Part shown: positions 63,505 to 64,000 of the stretch, piece by piece | Numbering within the stretch: position 1 is the first letter of the stretch | Layout: the number at the start of each line of letters is the position of its first letter | From: an uncultured Acidobacteriaceae bacterium | GTDB lineage: Bacteria; Acidobacteriota; Terriglobia; Terriglobales; Acidobacteriaceae | Assembly: GCA_963709385.1 (NCBI GenBank) | Contig: CAVPWD010000012.1 | Location: 336,989-400,988, forward strand | Direction: 5' to 3' | DNA: 64,000 nucleotides | Translations under genes and position numbers: made by a program | The notes under the pieces: generated by a model | Told to the model about the DNA's origin: nothing | Databases searched by the model: none | What the model saw: the letters and a program-made list of their open reading frames with translations, nothing else

Positions 63505-64000
63505 CTAACCAGTGCGGCGGAGTTGTTCCGCGGGCAGTAGTGAGTTCATCGAACCAGAACGGAAGCCCTCCATGTCGAGGGTGACGAACTTGAAGCCGAG
63601 AGCTTTGAAGATCGAGGTGAACTGGGCTGCCATGGCGGGATTCAAAGCGCGATCCAGTTCCTCGCGGGCGATCTCAATGCGGACGATGTCGCCGTGATGG
63701 CGTACCCGGAATTGCCGGAAACCGAGACCGCGAATGGCGTCTTCGCCGCGTTCGACCACGTCGAGCGCTTCGCGCGTCACCGGACGGCCGTATTCGATCC
63801 GCGAGGAGAGACATGCGGACGCTGGCTTGTCCCAGATGCGCAGGACGGCCTGACGAGCGAGTTCGCGAATTTCCTGCTTAGTGAGTCCGGCTGCGAGCAG
63901 AGGAGCGGCAACGTGATGCTGCTGGGCGGCTCGCTGCCCCGGACGAAAGTCGCCCTGGTCGTCGAGGTTGACCCCGTAGGCAATCGCGTCGAAACCGCGC
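63505..64000 (-). CDS. larE: PP-loop ATP-utilising enzyme, LarE-like sulfur transferase (C-terminal part; gene continues beyond the window end)
   Basis: The frame is open from 64000 to the stop at 63505: ...AIAYGVNLDDQGDFRPG...ACLSSRIEYGRPVT...FRVRHHGDIVRIEI...GFKFVTLDMEGFRSGSMN. Confidence 0.7.
   Translation of the reverse strand, partial: RGFDAIAYGVNLDDQGDFRPGQRAAQQHHVAAPLLAAGLTKQEIRELARQAVLRIWDKPASACLSSRIEYGRPVTREALDVVERGEDAIRGLGFRQFRVRHHGDIVRIEIAREELDRALNPAMAAQFTSIFKALGFKFVTLDMEGFRSGSMNSLLPAEQLRRTG

Noticed and set aside
1-64000. Searched by eye for tRNA (GTTCGAATC-type T-arms), rRNA, tmRNA and transposase or integrase genes.
   Set aside because: None found. The only TTCGAA-containing matches lie inside protein-coding genes without cloverleaf context. 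A covariance-model scan (tRNAscan/Infernal) would be needed to exclude small RNAs.

Overview
GC-rich bacterial chromosomal segment. Gene content and repeat families look Acidobacteriota/Terriglobia-like, but that is an inference, not a database result. I call about 60 protein genes.

Housekeeping genes: mnmE, mnmG, ruvA, tgt, yajC-secD-secF, tonB-exbB-exbD-exbD-TPR, accC plus a BCCP-like gene, thiE, a cold-shock gene, trehalase, a beta-carbonic anhydrase and a partial larE.

Regulators: MarR, PadR, a LytS-type kinase with a LytTR regulator, and a Ser/Thr kinase with a beta-propeller. The rest are many TPR, secreted or membrane proteins of unknown function.

I saw no rRNA, tRNA, CRISPR array, transposase, integrase or prophage.

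Main observations:
1. An AhpD/CMD-family gene has an in-frame TGA exactly at the second Cys of its CxxCxxxH motif, followed by a SECIS-like hairpin. It is a candidate selenoprotein that ORF callers split in two.
2. There is an unusual repeat landscape of inverted arrays of locus-specific degenerate heptamers plus several REP-like hairpin families. Several copies sit in frame inside conserved housekeeping genes (mnmG twice, mnmE, tgt). Others sit in the yajC/secD/secF intercistronic gaps.
3. A 14-bp x4 tandem repeat contains the Ser/Thr kinase start codon and creates a chain of ATGA-coupled 5-codon uORFs.
4. A signal-peptide-bearing bacterial RNase A-like toxin is translationally coupled to a CdiI-like immunity gene.
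5. A DUF4160/DUF2442 two-gene cassette is flanked by a duplicated 3' end of the neighbouring thioredoxin gene.
6. At least five ORF pairs look like single genes broken by 1-nt indels, and one gene has no canonical start. These could be assembly errors or real decay.
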